Source of the DNA: Terriglobales bacterium
Lineage (GTDB): Bacteria; Acidobacteriota; Terriglobia; Terriglobales; SCQP01
Length of the DNA: 64,000 bases
Assembly: GCA_050746125.1 (NCBI GenBank)
Contig: JBOGKX010000142.1
Span: 16,209-80,208, forward strand
Reading direction: 5' to 3'
Position numbers and translations under genes: made by a program. Below the pieces are notes generated by a model. The model was not told the DNA's origin. It did not search any database and saw only the letters and a list, made by a program, of their open reading frames with translations. Shown here one piece after another: positions 17,201-27,571 of the stretch. The number at the start of each line of letters is the position of its first letter. Within the stretch, counting starts at the first letter, position 1.

Positions 17201-18064
17201 TCAGTGTAACGCGACAGCGCGGGCGGCCAGCTCCGCACCCGGCGGCACAACGGGAAGCCAATAGGTTCGGCCGGCCCGCCGCTCGGCACGCAGCCCCAGC
17301 CGCTCCAGCTCGACCTCGGTGACACCGAGGTAGGTAAAGTGTGGCGTATCGGTCGCTACCGTCTGGTACCAGCCATGCCGCGCCAACACGGCCCGCAAGC
17401 CGGCCTGGCCGCTGCCGCGCACGTCCAGCGCCAGCATGGCCAGGTGCTGGGAAGAGCCCGGCGCGGCGACCGACTCCAAAATCGGCTTGCGGCGGTCGAG
17501 GCTGAAGAAGATGCCCTGCCGCTCGAGATCCAGAATGGGGCCGAGTTGCTCGGCCGCGGGCAGGTTGGAAATCTCCTCGGCGCGCGACGCCGCCAGCTTG
17601 CCCCGCGCCACCCAATAACGCAAGCCTGGGTTCACGCGGCTACGCCATAGCCGCAGAGTGCTTGCATAATCGCGGCGGGAAGCATCCGCCCCGGTCGGCA
17701 CGATGCGCCAGCCGCGCGCCCGGGCGTCGCTTTCGGCCGCCAGCAATGCCGTCATTGCCGCCGGCTGCAACTCGATGACGACGCCATTCAACCGCGCCGA
17801 ACGCTGCGGCACTCGCGCTTGCCAGGCCGCGCACTGCTCGGCCGAGGTGAAGAGCACGGTAGGCGGCAGCTCGACTCCCTTGGCCACGAACATGGCGCCA
17901 TAGGAAGCCAACAGCACGCGCCGCGGCCCATGGCGCGGCACCGCCAGCCGCGCCGGCAGCGCCGCGAGGAAAGCGGCGGAGCCACCGCTATTCACGGCGC
18001 CGGCGGGTGGTGCCGCCGCGATGGCCGCCTGCAACAGGACGGCGGCGACAAAGAAGCGCAACAC
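17201..18064 (-). CDS. Secreted peptidase M15 (VanY-like D-alanyl-D-alanine carboxypeptidase, LAS metallopeptidase fold)
   Basis: GTG 18064 gives VLRFFVAAVLLQAAIAAAPPAGA (signal-like). The motif SSQHLAMLALD matches SxHxxGxAxD of VanY-type enzymes, and TDTPHFTYLG matches EPWHxRYVG. The upstream part of the track ORF overlaps the Lrp gene. Confidence 0.6.
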   Translation of the reverse strand: MLRFFVAAVLLQAAIAAAPPAGAVNSGGSAAFLAALPARLAVPRHGPRRVLLASYGAMFVAKGVELPPTVLFTSAEQCAAWQARVPQRSARLNGVVIELQPAAMTALLAAESDARARGWRIVPTGADASRRDYASTLRLWRSRVNPGLRYWVARGKLAASRAEEISNLPAAEQLGPILDLERQGIFFSLDRRKPILESVAAPGSSQHLAMLALDVRGSGQAGLRAVLARHGWYQTVATDTPHFTYLGVTEVELERLGLRAERRAGRTYWLPVVPPGAELAARAVALH

Positions 18065-18132
18065 GCCATCCAGAGTAGCTGGATTGGCGGCGGCAAGGAA
18101 ACTGGCGGCGCGAGCAGGCGGTCTAAACCTTG

Positions 18133-18621
18133 CTAACCCTTGCCGGTCAACGGCAGCGCCGTCGAGTGCTTGATCTCTTCCAGGCACATCGCCGAGCGCA
18201 CCGCCACCACCCCGGGCACGCGCAGCAGCCGCTCCCGCAAAAAGGACGAGAACTCCTTCAGATCGCTGGTAACGACTTTCAGTAGGTAATCGAAGTCGCC
18301 GGTCACCGAGTAGCACTCCAAAACCTCGGGAAACCGGCGCAGCGCCTTTTCGAACTCTCCCATGGCCTCGTAAGCCTCTTTATTACGGCTCAGGCTCACC
18401 CAGGCCATAATGCCGAAGCCAAGCCGCTCGCGGTCCAAAAGCGCCACCCATTCCTGGATCACTCCCAACTTTTCCAAGCGCCGCAGGCGCCGAAAACACT
18501 GCGGGGCCGACAGGTGGGCTACTCGCGAAAGTGCCACATGGCTGGCGCGGGCATGGCGCTGCAGGTACCCCAGCAGCGCGAGGTCGATCGAGTCCAGGAA
18601 ATCGTGGGTCTTGGCGGGCAT
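18133..18621 (-). CDS. Lrp/AsnC family transcriptional regulator
   Basis: 162 aa. The N-terminal HTH is LDSIDLALLGYLQRHARASHVALSRVAHLSAPQCFRRLRRLEKLGVI. The C-terminal RAM/AsnC_trans_reg-like part is ECYSVTGDFDYLLKV. Confidence 0.9.
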   Translation of the reverse strand: MPAKTHDFLDSIDLALLGYLQRHARASHVALSRVAHLSAPQCFRRLRRLEKLGVIQEWVALLDRERLGFGIMAWVSLSRNKEAYEAMGEFEKALRRFPEVLECYSVTGDFDYLLKVVTSDLKEFSSFLRERLLRVPGVVAVRSAMCLEEIKHSTALPLTGKG

Positions 18622-18726
18622 GATCCGTTCTCGAAATCGTTATTATACGCACTAATCTTGCCATTCTGGCCTCCCGCGCCCAACATTTCGCAGTGCGCGT
18701 GCGCGGCAGGTGCGTTAGCTTGAGGT

Positions 18727-19671
18727 GTGGCCTTTACCGCTGCAAATTGGATTTGGCACAACGGCCGCGTCCTGCCCGCCGCCGAAGCCACGACGCACGT
18801 CGCAGCGCACGCCTTGCACTACGGGACGGCCGTGTTCGAGGGCATGCGTTGTTATGAAACCGAGGACGGACCGGCTGTCTTTCGCAGCCCCGAGCATTGG
18901 GACCGCTTCTTCGCATCGGCCGAGGCTTACGGGCTGGCGATTCCCTATGCGCGGGGGGAGCTCGCCGCCGCGACGGCGGAGTTGATTCGGCGCACCGGTT
19001 TCCGGCAATGCTACATTCGGCCGCTCTGCTTCGCTGGCGCCGAATCGTTGGGCCTGCGCGTCCGTAACCCGGTCCAAACCGCCATTCTGGCTTGGCCCAA
19101 TCTTGCCCATGCCGCCGCGGAAAAGGCGGAACGCGGGATTCGCGCCACGATCTCGCCCTGGCGCAAGTTCCACGCCAGCATGATGCCGCCCACCGCCAAG
19201 GCCTCCGGCCACTACTTGAACTCGTTGCTGGCGGCGCGGGAAGCGGCGGCCCGCGGCTTCGACGAGGCGTTGTTGCTGAATCTCGAGGGCGATCTGGCGG
19301 AAGCTTCGGTAGCCAACATTTTCTTGGTGCAGGATGGCATGCTCCGCACCAACGACTCCAGCGCGTCGGCGCTGCGCGGCATCACGCAAGACTCTATCGT
19401 CGCGTTAGCGCGCGCGGAGGGTATTCCGGTGACGATTGGTCCTCTCCGACGCGACGATTTGGCGGCGGCGGATGAGGTCTTTTTGACGGGCACGGCCACG
19501 CAGATTCTGCCCGTGCGCGAGGTGGACAACGTTGCCGTCGGCCGGGGCGAGCGCGGGCCGCTGACGGCCCGCTTGCAGCGCGCGTTTGCCGAGGCGACTA
19601 GCGGCCGGGACCCTCGTTTTCGGAGCTGGCTGAAGCTGGTGGCGGAACCCGGCGCGGCGCGCAGCGCGTGA
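18727..19671 (+). CDS. ilvE: Class IV (branched-chain amino acid) aminotransferase
   Basis: 314 aa. [37 protein letters not shown] Lys region NSLLAAREA, and GITQDSI are typical of the IlvE family. The GTG start is as given by the track. Confidence 0.85.
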   Translation: MAFTAANWIWHNGRVLPAAEATTHVAAHALHYGTAVFEGMRCYETEDGPAVFRSPEHWDRFFASAEAYGLAIPYARGELAAATAELIRRTGFRQCYIRPLCFAGAESLGLRVRNPVQTAILAWPNLAHAAAEKAERGIRATISPWRKFHASMMPPTAKASGHYLNSLLAAREAAARGFDEALLLNLEGDLAEASVANIFLVQDGMLRTNDSSASALRGITQDSIVALARAEGIPVTIGPLRRDDLAAADEVFLTGTATQILPVREVDNVAVGRGERGPLTARLQRAFAEATSGRDPRFRSWLKLVAEPGAARSA

Positions 19672-20810
19672 CCGAATCGCCGCGCGGCGCGAAAATTGAT
19701 TCATGGAAGGGGAGGCATCCCGTGGCAGCCAATCCTCTGCGGCTCAAGCGCATCCATCACGTCGAGTTTTACGTCGGCAACGCCCGGCAGTCGTCGTTTT
19801 TTTATCGCAATGGTTTCGGTTTTTCGCAGCTGGCTTACCGTGGCCTGGAGACCGGGGAGCGGCAAGTCACCTCCTATGCGCTCGGCCAAGGCAAGGCGCG
19901 GCTCTTGCTGACCACGCCGTTATCGGCCGCGCATCCCGCCGCCGAGCACATCCTTAGGCACGGCGACGGAGTGCGCGACATCGCCTTGCAGGTGGAGGAC
20001 GCCGACGCGGCTTTCGCGGAGGCGCTGCGCCGCGGCGCAACGCCGGCCGAGGATCCGCGCGACGAACAGGACGAGCACGGCGCGATTCGCCGCGCCGCCA
20101 TCCGCACCTACGGCGACACGATTCATTCGCTCATCTCCTATCGCGATTATCGCGGCCCCTTCTTGCCCGGCTTCGCCGCCGCGCCCATCGCCGGCGAGGA
20201 CGCCGGCATTGTGCACATCGACCATATCGTCGGCAACGTCGAGCTTGGCAAGATGAACGAGTGGGCCGAGTTCTACCATCGCGTCTTCGGCTTCGAGCGC
20301 TTCATCTCCTTCGACGACAAGGACATTTCGACCGAATACAGCGCCTTGATGAGCATCGTAATGTCCGACGACTCGCACGCCGTCAAGTTCCCGATCAACG
20401 AGCCGGCGCCGGGCAGGAAAAAAAGCCAGATCGACGAGTATTTGGAAGCGTACGGCGGCCCGGGCGTGCAGCACATCGCCCTGCTGACCGGCGACGTTCT
20501 GAAAACCGTCGCCCACCTCAAGCAAAGCGGCATCGAGTTCCTGCGCGTGCCGGATAGCTACTATCAAGTCTTGCCGACGCGCATCGGCCGCATCGCCGAG
20601 CCGCTCGAAGCCATCCAGGCGCTCGCGGTGCTGGCGGACCGCGACCAAGAAGGCTACCTGTTGCAGATCTTTTCGCGCCCGGTGCAAGATCGGCCGACGA
20701 TCTTCTTCGAGATCATCCAGCGCAAGGGCAGCCGCGGCTTCGGCAAGGGCAATTTCAAGGCGCTGTTCGAAGCCATCGAGCTCGAACAGGCTCGCCGCGG
20801 CAACTTGTAG
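19668..20810 (+). CDS. hppD: 4-hydroxyphenylpyruvate dioxygenase
   Basis: 380 aa. [37 protein letters not shown], and C-terminal [33 protein letters not shown] are hallmark HPPD sequences. The GTG start overlaps the ilvE stop (GTGA). Confidence 0.93.
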   Translation: MTESPRGAKIDSWKGRHPVAANPLRLKRIHHVEFYVGNARQSSFFYRNGFGFSQLAYRGLETGERQVTSYALGQGKARLLLTTPLSAAHPAAEHILRHGDGVRDIALQVEDADAAFAEALRRGATPAEDPRDEQDEHGAIRRAAIRTYGDTIHSLISYRDYRGPFLPGFAAAPIAGEDAGIVHIDHIVGNVELGKMNEWAEFYHRVFGFERFISFDDKDISTEYSALMSIVMSDDSHAVKFPINEPAPGRKKSQIDEYLEAYGGPGVQHIALLTGDVLKTVAHLKQSGIEFLRVPDSYYQVLPTRIGRIAEPLEAIQALAVLADRDQEGYLLQIFSRPVQDRPTIFFEIIQRKGSRGFGKGNFKALFEAIELEQARRGNL

Positions 20811-20824
20811 AAGGAGGGATCCCC

Positions 20825-22192
20825 ATGAGCTCCAAAACCGCCGCATCCGCGCTTGCAGCCGGCGCGCCGGCTTCGCGTTCCGTCGCGCAATTCGAATACC
20901 AATCGGGCTTCGGCAACGAGTTTGCCAGCGAGGCCGAGGCGGGCGCCCTGCCGCGCGGGCAGAACGCGCCGCAGCGCGCGCCCTACGGCCTCTATACCGA
21001 GCAGATCAGCGGCACTCCTTTCACCGCGCCGCGGACCGTAAATCGTCGCGCCTGGCTGTACCGCATCCGCCCCTCGGTCAAGCACCAGCCCTTCGAGCCG
21101 GTTGCGCCGGGCCGGCTGCGCAGCGGCCCCTTCGACGAGGTACCGACGCCACCGAACCAGCTGCGCTGGCGTCCCTTGCCGCTGCCCACGGCGCCCACGG
21201 ATTTCATCGCCGGATTGGTCACCATGGCCGGCAACGGCGACCCAGCGCTGCAAAGCGGCGTCGGCCTGCATCTCTACGCCGCCAATCACGACATGACTGA
21301 AAGCTTCTTCTTCAATGCCGACGGCGAACTGCTGATCGTGCCGCAACAGGGCAGGCTCTTGCTGTTGAGCGAAATGGGCGCGATCGAGGCGGCACCCGGC
21401 GAGGTCGCGGTCATCCAGCGCGGTATCAAGTTTCGCGTCGAGCTGCCCGACGGCGCGGCGCGCGGCTATATCTGCGAGAACTACGGCTCGCTGTTCCGCC
21501 TGCCCGATCTGGGGCCCATCGGCGCCAACGGCCTCGCCAATCCGCGCGACTTCCTGACACCGGTGGCGCGATACGAGGACCGCGCCGGCGACTTTCGCCT
21601 CGTTGCGAAGTTCCAGGGCCGTTTGTGGGGCGCCGCGCTCAATCACTCCCCGCTCGATGTTGTCGCCTGGCACGGCAACTACGCGCCTTACAAGTACGAT
21701 CTGGCACGCTTCAATTGCATTAACACCGTCAGCTTCGACCACCCCGATCCCTCGATCTACACGGTGCTCACAGCCCCCTCGGAAATTGCCGGCACGGCCA
21801 ATGTGGACTTCGTGGTGTTTCCGCCGCGCTGGCAAGTGGCCGAGCACACCTTCCGTCCGCCTTGGTTCCATCGCAACTTCATGAACGAGTTCATGGGGTT
21901 GATCCGGGGGCAGTACGACGCCAAGGCCGAGGGCTTCGTGCCCGGCGGCGCCAGTCTCCATAACTGCATGGCCGGCCATGGCCCGGACGCGGCCACCTTC
22001 GAGAAGGCCAGCCAGGCGGAGCTGAAGCCGGTGTATCTGGCCGAAACCCTGGCGTTCATGTTCGAGACTCGCTTCGTCTGCCGGCCGACGCGCTTCGCGC
22101 TGGAGAGCGCGGAGCTGGACGAGCAATACTTCGAATGCTGGCAGGGGCTCGAAAAACGCTTTCACGAACGGCTGCGCGACGGCGGCCGCTAG
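20825..22192 (+). CDS. hmgA: Homogentisate 1,2-dioxygenase
   Basis: 455 aa. [67 protein letters not shown] and [12 protein letters not shown] are classic HGD motifs. Confidence 0.93.
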   Translation: MSSKTAASALAAGAPASRSVAQFEYQSGFGNEFASEAEAGALPRGQNAPQRAPYGLYTEQISGTPFTAPRTVNRRAWLYRIRPSVKHQPFEPVAPGRLRSGPFDEVPTPPNQLRWRPLPLPTAPTDFIAGLVTMAGNGDPALQSGVGLHLYAANHDMTESFFFNADGELLIVPQQGRLLLLSEMGAIEAAPGEVAVIQRGIKFRVELPDGAARGYICENYGSLFRLPDLGPIGANGLANPRDFLTPVARYEDRAGDFRLVAKFQGRLWGAALNHSPLDVVAWHGNYAPYKYDLARFNCINTVSFDHPDPSIYTVLTAPSEIAGTANVDFVVFPPRWQVAEHTFRPPWFHRNFMNEFMGLIRGQYDAKAEGFVPGGASLHNCMAGHGPDAATFEKASQAELKPVYLAETLAFMFETRFVCRPTRFALESAELDEQYFECWQGLEKRFHERLRDGGR

Positions 22193-22206
22193 AACCGACC
22201 GCCGCC

Positions 22207-23097
22207 ATGCCAGCCAGCGAATCGCTGCGAGCGCTGCTCGCCGGATCCATCGACTACGCGGGCCTTTTTCCGCCCGCCGGCTTGGCCATGCGCGAGGCGG
22301 TGGCGCGCTATGCGGCCGACCGCCGCGGCCCGTGCAGTTGGATGCTCGGCCGGTTCGTCGTGCCCGTGGGGAGTCTGGAGGAGTTCGCGACCGCGCGAGC
22401 GGCGATCCGGCGCGGCGCGGGGGGCGTTTGGCCCTTGGCCGTGCTGTTGAGCGACGAGAGCAACGATGAGACGCTGCGCATTGCCGAATTCGCCGGGGCA
22501 CAGGCCGAGCGGGCGCGGATCGAAGCGGTGGAGTTCAAGGCCACGGCCTCGGCCGAAATTGCCGCCCGCGCCCGCGCTCTGCCGCCCGCCCTCGAACGCT
22601 ACTGCGAACTCCCGTGGGGCGCCGACCTGGAACGCTTCCTGCCGGTGCTCAAGGGACTGCAATTGCGCGCCAAGTTTCGCACCGGGGGCATCACGGCCGC
22701 GGCATTTCCGACCGCCGCCGCGCTGGCGCGCTACCTAGTCTCCAGCGCCCGGGCGGGCGTGCCCTTCAAAGCCACCGCCGGGCTGCATCATCCGCTGCGC
22801 GGCTCTTATCGGCTTACCTACGAGAGCCACAGCGCCCGCGCTCCCATGCACGGATTGCTGAACTTAATGTTGGCTGCCGCCTTTGCGCGTCAGGGCTGGA
22901 GCGCCGCGCGCCTCGAGCCCTTGCTGCTCGACAGCGAGGCCGGCAATTTCTCGTTCCGGGCGGAGGCTGCCGCATGGCGGGGCCAGAGCGTTTCCACGAC
23001 CGAGCTGGAACTAGCGCGCCGGGCTTATATTTGCGGCTTCGGCTCCTGTTCGTTCTCCGAACCCACGGCCGAGCTGCGCGCCCTCGATTGGCTATGA
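22207..23097 (+). CDS. Conserved-looking hypothetical protein inside the homogentisate operon (function unknown)
   Basis: ATG 22207 lies 14 nt after the hmgA stop, and the stop overlaps the fahA start (ATGA). 296 aa and soluble. Notable segments are KFRTGGITAAAFP and PFKATAGLHHPLRGSY. I recognise no GST/zeta or other family. Confidence 0.6.
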   Translation: MPASESLRALLAGSIDYAGLFPPAGLAMREAVARYAADRRGPCSWMLGRFVVPVGSLEEFATARAAIRRGAGGVWPLAVLLSDESNDETLRIAEFAGAQAERARIEAVEFKATASAEIAARARALPPALERYCELPWGADLERFLPVLKGLQLRAKFRTGGITAAAFPTAAALARYLVSSARAGVPFKATAGLHHPLRGSYRLTYESHSARAPMHGLLNLMLAAAFARQGWSAARLEPLLLDSEAGNFSFRAEAAAWRGQSVSTTELELARRAYICGFGSCSFSEPTAELRALDWL

Positions 23098-24425
23098 ATT
23101 CGATGCTAGACGAAACGCACGACGCCGCCGCGACCAGCTGGGTGGACTCGGCGCAAGCGGCTGGCGCGGATTTTCCACTGCAAAACTTGCCCTTGGGCGT
23201 TTTTCGGCCGCGGCCGGGCGACGCCGCGCCGCGCGTGGGAGCGGCGATTGGCGATTTCGCCTTCGATCTAGCGGCCGCGTTCGCCGCCGGTCTCTTGGGC
23301 GCGGATTGCGAACCGTTGGCCGCCGCCTGCGCCCAGCCCACCCTCAACGCGCTGATTTCGTTGGGCTCCGGCGTGCGCGCCGCGCTACGCCGCCGCATCT
23401 TCGCCCTGTTGCGCGCGGACGCGCCCGCATCGCAGCGGCGTTCCGCCGAGTGCCATCTCCACCGCCGCTCCGAGATCGAAATGCTGCTGCCGGCGGCGGC
23501 CGGCGACTACACCGACTTTTACGCCTCGATTCATCACGCCATCCGCGTCGGCCAACTCTTTCGCCCCGATCATCCGCTATTGCCCAACTACAAATGGGTG
23601 CCGATCGGCTACCACGGGCGCTCCTCCTCGCTCCTCCCAAGCGGCGCCAAGATCCGCCGCCCATGCGGGCAGTCCGCTCCGCCCGCCGGCGATCCCAACG
23701 CGGCGCCGCTTGTCGGTCCCAGCCGCCGCCTCGATTACGAATTGGAACTCGGCTTTTTCGTGGCCGGCGGAAATCGCGTGGGCGAGTCGATTCCCATTGC
23801 CGCCGCCGGCGACCATATCTTTGGCGTTTGCCTGCTCAACGACTGGTCGGCGCGCGACATTCAAGCCTGGGAGTACCAACCACTCGGCCCCTTTCTCGGC
23901 AAGAACTTCGCCACGACGCTCTCGCCGTGGGTCGTGACCTGGGAGGCGCTGGCCCCGTTTCGCGCGCCGGCGTTTCCCCGCCCGCCGGCGGATCCCGCTC
24001 CGTTGCCCTACCTGCACGATGCCGCCGACCAAGCCTCCGGCGCCTTGGACATTACGGTCGAAGCCTACCTGGCGACGGCCGCCATGGCCGCAGCCGGGAC
24101 CCCGCCGCAGCGCCTCAGCCGCGGTAATGCCAAGGAACTGTATTGGACGCCAGCACAGATGCTGGCTCATCATGCCAGCAACGGCTGCCCCCTGCGTGCG
24201 GGCGATCTGCTCGCCACCGGGACGATCTCTGGCGCGGCGCCGGAAAGCGCCGGCTGCCTGCTGGAGCTGACCTCGGCCGGCCGCGCGCCGATTACCCTCT
24301 GCAGCGGAGAAACCAGGCAGTTCCTCGCCGACGGTGACGAGGTCATCTTGCGCGCATACTGCGAGCGGCCCGGCTTTCGGCGCCTGGGCTGGGGCGAATG
24401 CCGGGGGCAGATCACGAGCTGTTAG
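23094..24425 (+). CDS. fahA: Fumarylacetoacetase
   Basis: ATG 23094 gives MNSMLDETHDAAATSWVDSAQAAGADFPLQNLPLGVF. Further motifs are DYTDFYASIHHA, YHGRSSS, ELELGFFV and LLNDWSARDIQAWEYQPLGPFLGKNFATT (FAH family). The track ORF start at 22614 is an out-of-context extension overlapping the previous gene. Confidence 0.92.
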   Translation: MNSMLDETHDAAATSWVDSAQAAGADFPLQNLPLGVFRPRPGDAAPRVGAAIGDFAFDLAAAFAAGLLGADCEPLAAACAQPTLNALISLGSGVRAALRRRIFALLRADAPASQRRSAECHLHRRSEIEMLLPAAAGDYTDFYASIHHAIRVGQLFRPDHPLLPNYKWVPIGYHGRSSSLLPSGAKIRRPCGQSAPPAGDPNAAPLVGPSRRLDYELELGFFVAGGNRVGESIPIAAAGDHIFGVCLLNDWSARDIQAWEYQPLGPFLGKNFATTLSPWVVTWEALAPFRAPAFPRPPADPAPLPYLHDAADQASGALDITVEAYLATAAMAAAGTPPQRLSRGNAKELYWTPAQMLAHHASNGCPLRAGDLLATGTISGAAPESAGCLLELTSAGRAPITLCSGETRQFLADGDEVILRAYCERPGFRRLGWGECRGQITSC

Positions 24426-24450
24426 CGACGGCGTGGCGAGTCGCGCATCG

Positions 24451-25437
24451 CTACCAAGGCCGTTGCTGACGATACCACGCGACCGTCCTGTCAAGCCCAG
24501 CCTGGAGCGGCACCTGCGGGCGCCAGTCGAGGTCTTGGCGAGCAAAAGAGCTGTCGAGAAATTGGCGATCGATCTCGCCGCTGGCGGTTCCATGCACGTC
24601 GGGTTCCAGGTCGCCGCGGCCGCACGCCGCCAGAATGGCGCGCGTGAGGTCGAGCACCGCCAGCGGCTCGTCGGTGCCAAAGTTGAAGGCCTCGCCGCGA
24701 TGCCGCCCGTGGCCGAGGCTCCCGGCCAGTTTCAAATAGCCGTCAACCGCGTCGGTGACGTAGAGGTAATCGCGCACCGGAGTGCCGTCGCTGCGGATCA
24801 CCGGCCGTTCGCCGCAGAGAGCGGCGCGGATGGTGCCGGGCACGATGCGGGACCAGTTCAAGTCGCCGCCACCGTAGAGATTGGCGCAGCGGGTCACGGC
24901 CACGGGTAGGCCATAGGCGTGAAAGAAACTGCGGGCGATCATTTCCGCGCACGCCTTCGAGACGTCATAGGGGAAGCGCGGCTGGAGACAAAACTCCTCG
25001 CGATACGGCAGCCGATCGTGGCTGCCGTAGGCCTTGTCGCTGGAAGCCACGATCACGGCGGCCAGCGCCGGCTGATGGCGGCGGCAGGCGTCGAGCAACG
25101 TCCACGTGCCGCGAATATTGGCCTCGAAGGTCGCCACCGGGCTGCGCTGCGCCACCCCGACGAGCGTCTGCGCCGCCAGGTGAAACACCACGCTCACCTC
25201 GTAATCGGCCAATGCCCGCTCGCAGGCCGCCCCATCCTCGACCGCGCCGTTGACGCGCGTGACCCGGCCCGCCAAACCCATCAGTTCGAGCCCGCTCGGC
25301 CGCGGCTCGTCGCGCACTAAAGCGATCACCCGCGCGCCGCCGGCGAGCAAGGCTTCGCATAGCCATCCGCCTAGAAATCCGCTCGCGCCCGTGACTAGCA
25401 CGGAGCGGCCCTGCCAGGGAAACGAAGTCATCGTCAT
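24451..25437 (-). CDS. NAD-dependent epimerase/dehydratase (extended SDR; CDP-glucose 4,6-dehydratase-like)
   Basis: 328 aa. VLVTGASGFLGGWLCEALL (Rossmann) and catalytic YDVSKACAE (YxxxK). Confidence 0.8.
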   Translation of the reverse strand: MTMTSFPWQGRSVLVTGASGFLGGWLCEALLAGGARVIALVRDEPRPSGLELMGLAGRVTRVNGAVEDGAACERALADYEVSVVFHLAAQTLVGVAQRSPVATFEANIRGTWTLLDACRRHQPALAAVIVASSDKAYGSHDRLPYREEFCLQPRFPYDVSKACAEMIARSFFHAYGLPVAVTRCANLYGGGDLNWSRIVPGTIRAALCGERPVIRSDGTPVRDYLYVTDAVDGYLKLAGSLGHGRHRGEAFNFGTDEPLAVLDLTRAILAACGRGDLEPDVHGTASGEIDRQFLDSSFARQDLDWRPQVPLQAGLDRTVAWYRQQRPW

Positions 25438-26501
25438 CCACTATGGCGAATATGCATCACGTCGCCGTCCTGCACCAGATAATCCTTGCCCTCCAACCGC
25501 AGCCGCCCCTTGTCGCGCGCCGCCGCTTCGCCGCCGAATTGCAGCAACTCATCCCAGCGGATGACTTCGGCGCGGATGAAATGGGTAGAGAGGTCGCTGT
25601 GGATCGCCCCCGCTGCCTCGACCGCACGCGTGCCGGCGGGAATCGTCCAGGCGCGGCACTCATCCTCGCCGGCGGTGAAAAACGAGATCCGGCCCAGCAA
25701 GGCGTAGGCCGCGCGCGCCAGGCGCACCAGTCCCGATTCCTTCAAGCCATAGCTTTGCAGAAAAGCCGCCGCTTCTTCCGGCGACAGGCCGGCGATCTCC
25801 GCCTCCACCTTGGCGCAGACCCCCACTAGCGCGGTTTTCGGCGCGCCCTCCCCGGAAAGCCCGGCCCGCTCCGCTGCGCGGTCCAGTTGCGCGGCTTCCT
25901 CTTCGCCGACATTCAAGGCATACAGGATGGGCTTTTGGCTAAGGAACTGAAAGCCGCGCATCAGCTTTTCTTCGGCAACCGAAAGCGGCAGCGTGCGCAA
26001 TGGCTTTTCCGCTTCCAAGTGAGCCTTCATGCGCTCCAAGAGCGCCGCCTCTTCGGTCAGCGCCGCGCTGCGCTGCTTCTTGAGGTCTTTTTGAAGGCGC
26101 TCTTGGCGTTTTTCCACCTGCCCGAGATCGCTGACGATCAGGTCGAATTCTAACTTGGCGATATCGCGGCGGGGATCGATTTCGCCGGCCTCGTGCGGCA
26201 CCGCCGGGTCGGGGAACGTGCGCACTACGTGAATCAGGGCGTCCACGCCACGCAGAGCGGCGATGCCGCTGCCGTCGCGCAGCGAGGCTTCGGTCAGCGA
26301 CGCCACGTCCACCAACTCGAGGGCGGCATGGGTCAATTTGGCGGGATGGTAAAGCTCGGCAAGTTGGTCCAGGCGCGCGTCCGGCACTTTGGCCACGCCG
26401 ATGGCATCTTCCCGCCGGCCGAGGGCCGGCACGATGCCGGTCATCATACTGAACAGCGAGGTCTTGCCGACTTGTGGCAGACCCACGATTCCCGTTTTCA
26501 T
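25434..26501 (-). CDS. ychF: Redox-regulated/ribosome-binding ATPase YchF
   Basis: 355 aa. MKTGIVGLPQVGKTSLFSMMTG (G1), a coiled-coil insertion, and the C-terminal TGS-like IHSDLSTHFIRAEVI...GKDYLVQDGDVMHIRHS. Confidence 0.92.
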   Translation of the reverse strand: MKTGIVGLPQVGKTSLFSMMTGIVPALGRREDAIGVAKVPDARLDQLAELYHPAKLTHAALELVDVASLTEASLRDGSGIAALRGVDALIHVVRTFPDPAVPHEAGEIDPRRDIAKLEFDLIVSDLGQVEKRQERLQKDLKKQRSAALTEEAALLERMKAHLEAEKPLRTLPLSVAEEKLMRGFQFLSQKPILYALNVGEEEAAQLDRAAERAGLSGEGAPKTALVGVCAKVEAEIAGLSPEEAAAFLQSYGLKESGLVRLARAAYALLGRISFFTAGEDECRAWTIPAGTRAVEAAGAIHSDLSTHFIRAEVIRWDELLQFGGEAAARDKGRLRLEGKDYLVQDGDVMHIRHSG

Positions 26502-26806
26502 AGTGTCCGGAGCCCGCCGAGGACAAGACTGCCGGGGCGGCGACCAGCGTTACCCCGGCCGGCAGGCGACGGGCCCTCCGCCCAAACGTGGGGAGCAGCG
26601 GCGAATCTCCAACATAACATGGCCCTTCGGTACCGATTTGACACTCCACCCGCACGCAACCGGCCACACGCCCGAAGGAAAAAGTCGGAAAACAAGCAAC
26701 ACTCCTTGAGGAGTTCTGCATCGTAGCCGACAGGGTCAGAGTGGCAGGCAAGGCGAGATGAATGCCGCGCCGGCGCTCGGCTCGGCGGCTTAGGCCGCGG
26801 TAAATC

Positions 26807-27496
26807 GTGGGGACAACTACCATGGAGAGGCAACCCGTCGCTCCCGCCAAGCCATCCCACCTCGGCATCAATTCCAGCCGACGAGGGATTACTCTGACGA
26901 ATCGAGCGACAGCGGCCGAATCCTGGAACGAAGCAGAGGCGATCGATCGAGCAAAACAGGGAAACGCGGAAGCGTTCGCGCTCTTGTACCACCGGCACAA
27001 GCGGCGCGTCTATTCGCTTTGTCTGCGCATGACCGGCAACACCGCCGAGGCGGACGACCTGGCGCAAGAGGCTTTTCTACAGCTCTTTCGCAAAATCGCC
27101 ACCTTTCGCGGGGAGAGCGCTTTTTCCACCTGGCTGCACCGGCTCTCGGTGAACGTAGTGCTGATGCATCTGCGCCGGAAAGGCCTGCCGGAAGTTTCCC
27201 TGGAAGAGACCACGGAGCCGAGCCAAGAGGACGGGCCGAAGCGTGACATCGGCACCCCCGACTTGGCATTGGTAGGGTCGGTGGACCGCGTGAATTTGGA
27301 ACGCGCCATCCAGCGCCTGCCGCCCGGCTACCGCACCATCTTCGTTCTCCACGATATGGAAGGCTATGAGCACAACGAAATCGCGGAGATGATGCGATGT
27401 TCGATCGGTAACTCGAAATCGCAATTACACAAGGCCCGCATGAAGCTGCGCGATCTGCTGCAATTGCCTCACACGCAAGGCGCGGCGCGATCGTAA
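26807..27496 (+). CDS. ECF-type RNA polymerase sigma-70 factor
   Basis: Region 2 is [69 protein letters not shown]. Region 4 is [45 protein letters not shown]. The start is GTG 26807 or ATG 26822. Confidence 0.88.
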   Translation: MGTTTMERQPVAPAKPSHLGINSSRRGITLTNRATAAESWNEAEAIDRAKQGNAEAFALLYHRHKRRVYSLCLRMTGNTAEADDLAQEAFLQLFRKIATFRGESAFSTWLHRLSVNVVLMHLRRKGLPEVSLEETTEPSQEDGPKRDIGTPDLALVGSVDRVNLERAIQRLPPGYRTIFVLHDMEGYEHNEIAEMMRCSIGNSKSQLHKARMKLRDLLQLPHTQGAARS

Positions 27497-27571
27497 AGCA
27501 GTCTCCCTCAAACACCGCCGGCCGCGAGGTCCGGCGCCAAGAGTTGAGACATAATAAAGGGAGTTGCGGCC

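Noticed and set aside
20654-22501. 615-aa minus-strand ORF opposite hmgA
   Set aside because: It is antisense to homogentisate dioxygenase, which has hallmark motifs. The sequence is not protein-like.
26502-26806. Search for an ECF-type autoregulatory promoter (GGAAC-N16-CGT) and for an RNA gene in the ychF/sigma intergenic region
   Set aside because: I found only a short hairpin (ACTCC-TTGA-GGAGT) and a GAAAAC…CGTA pair with about 28-nt spacing, too long for an ECF promoter. Nothing here is convincing enough to report.
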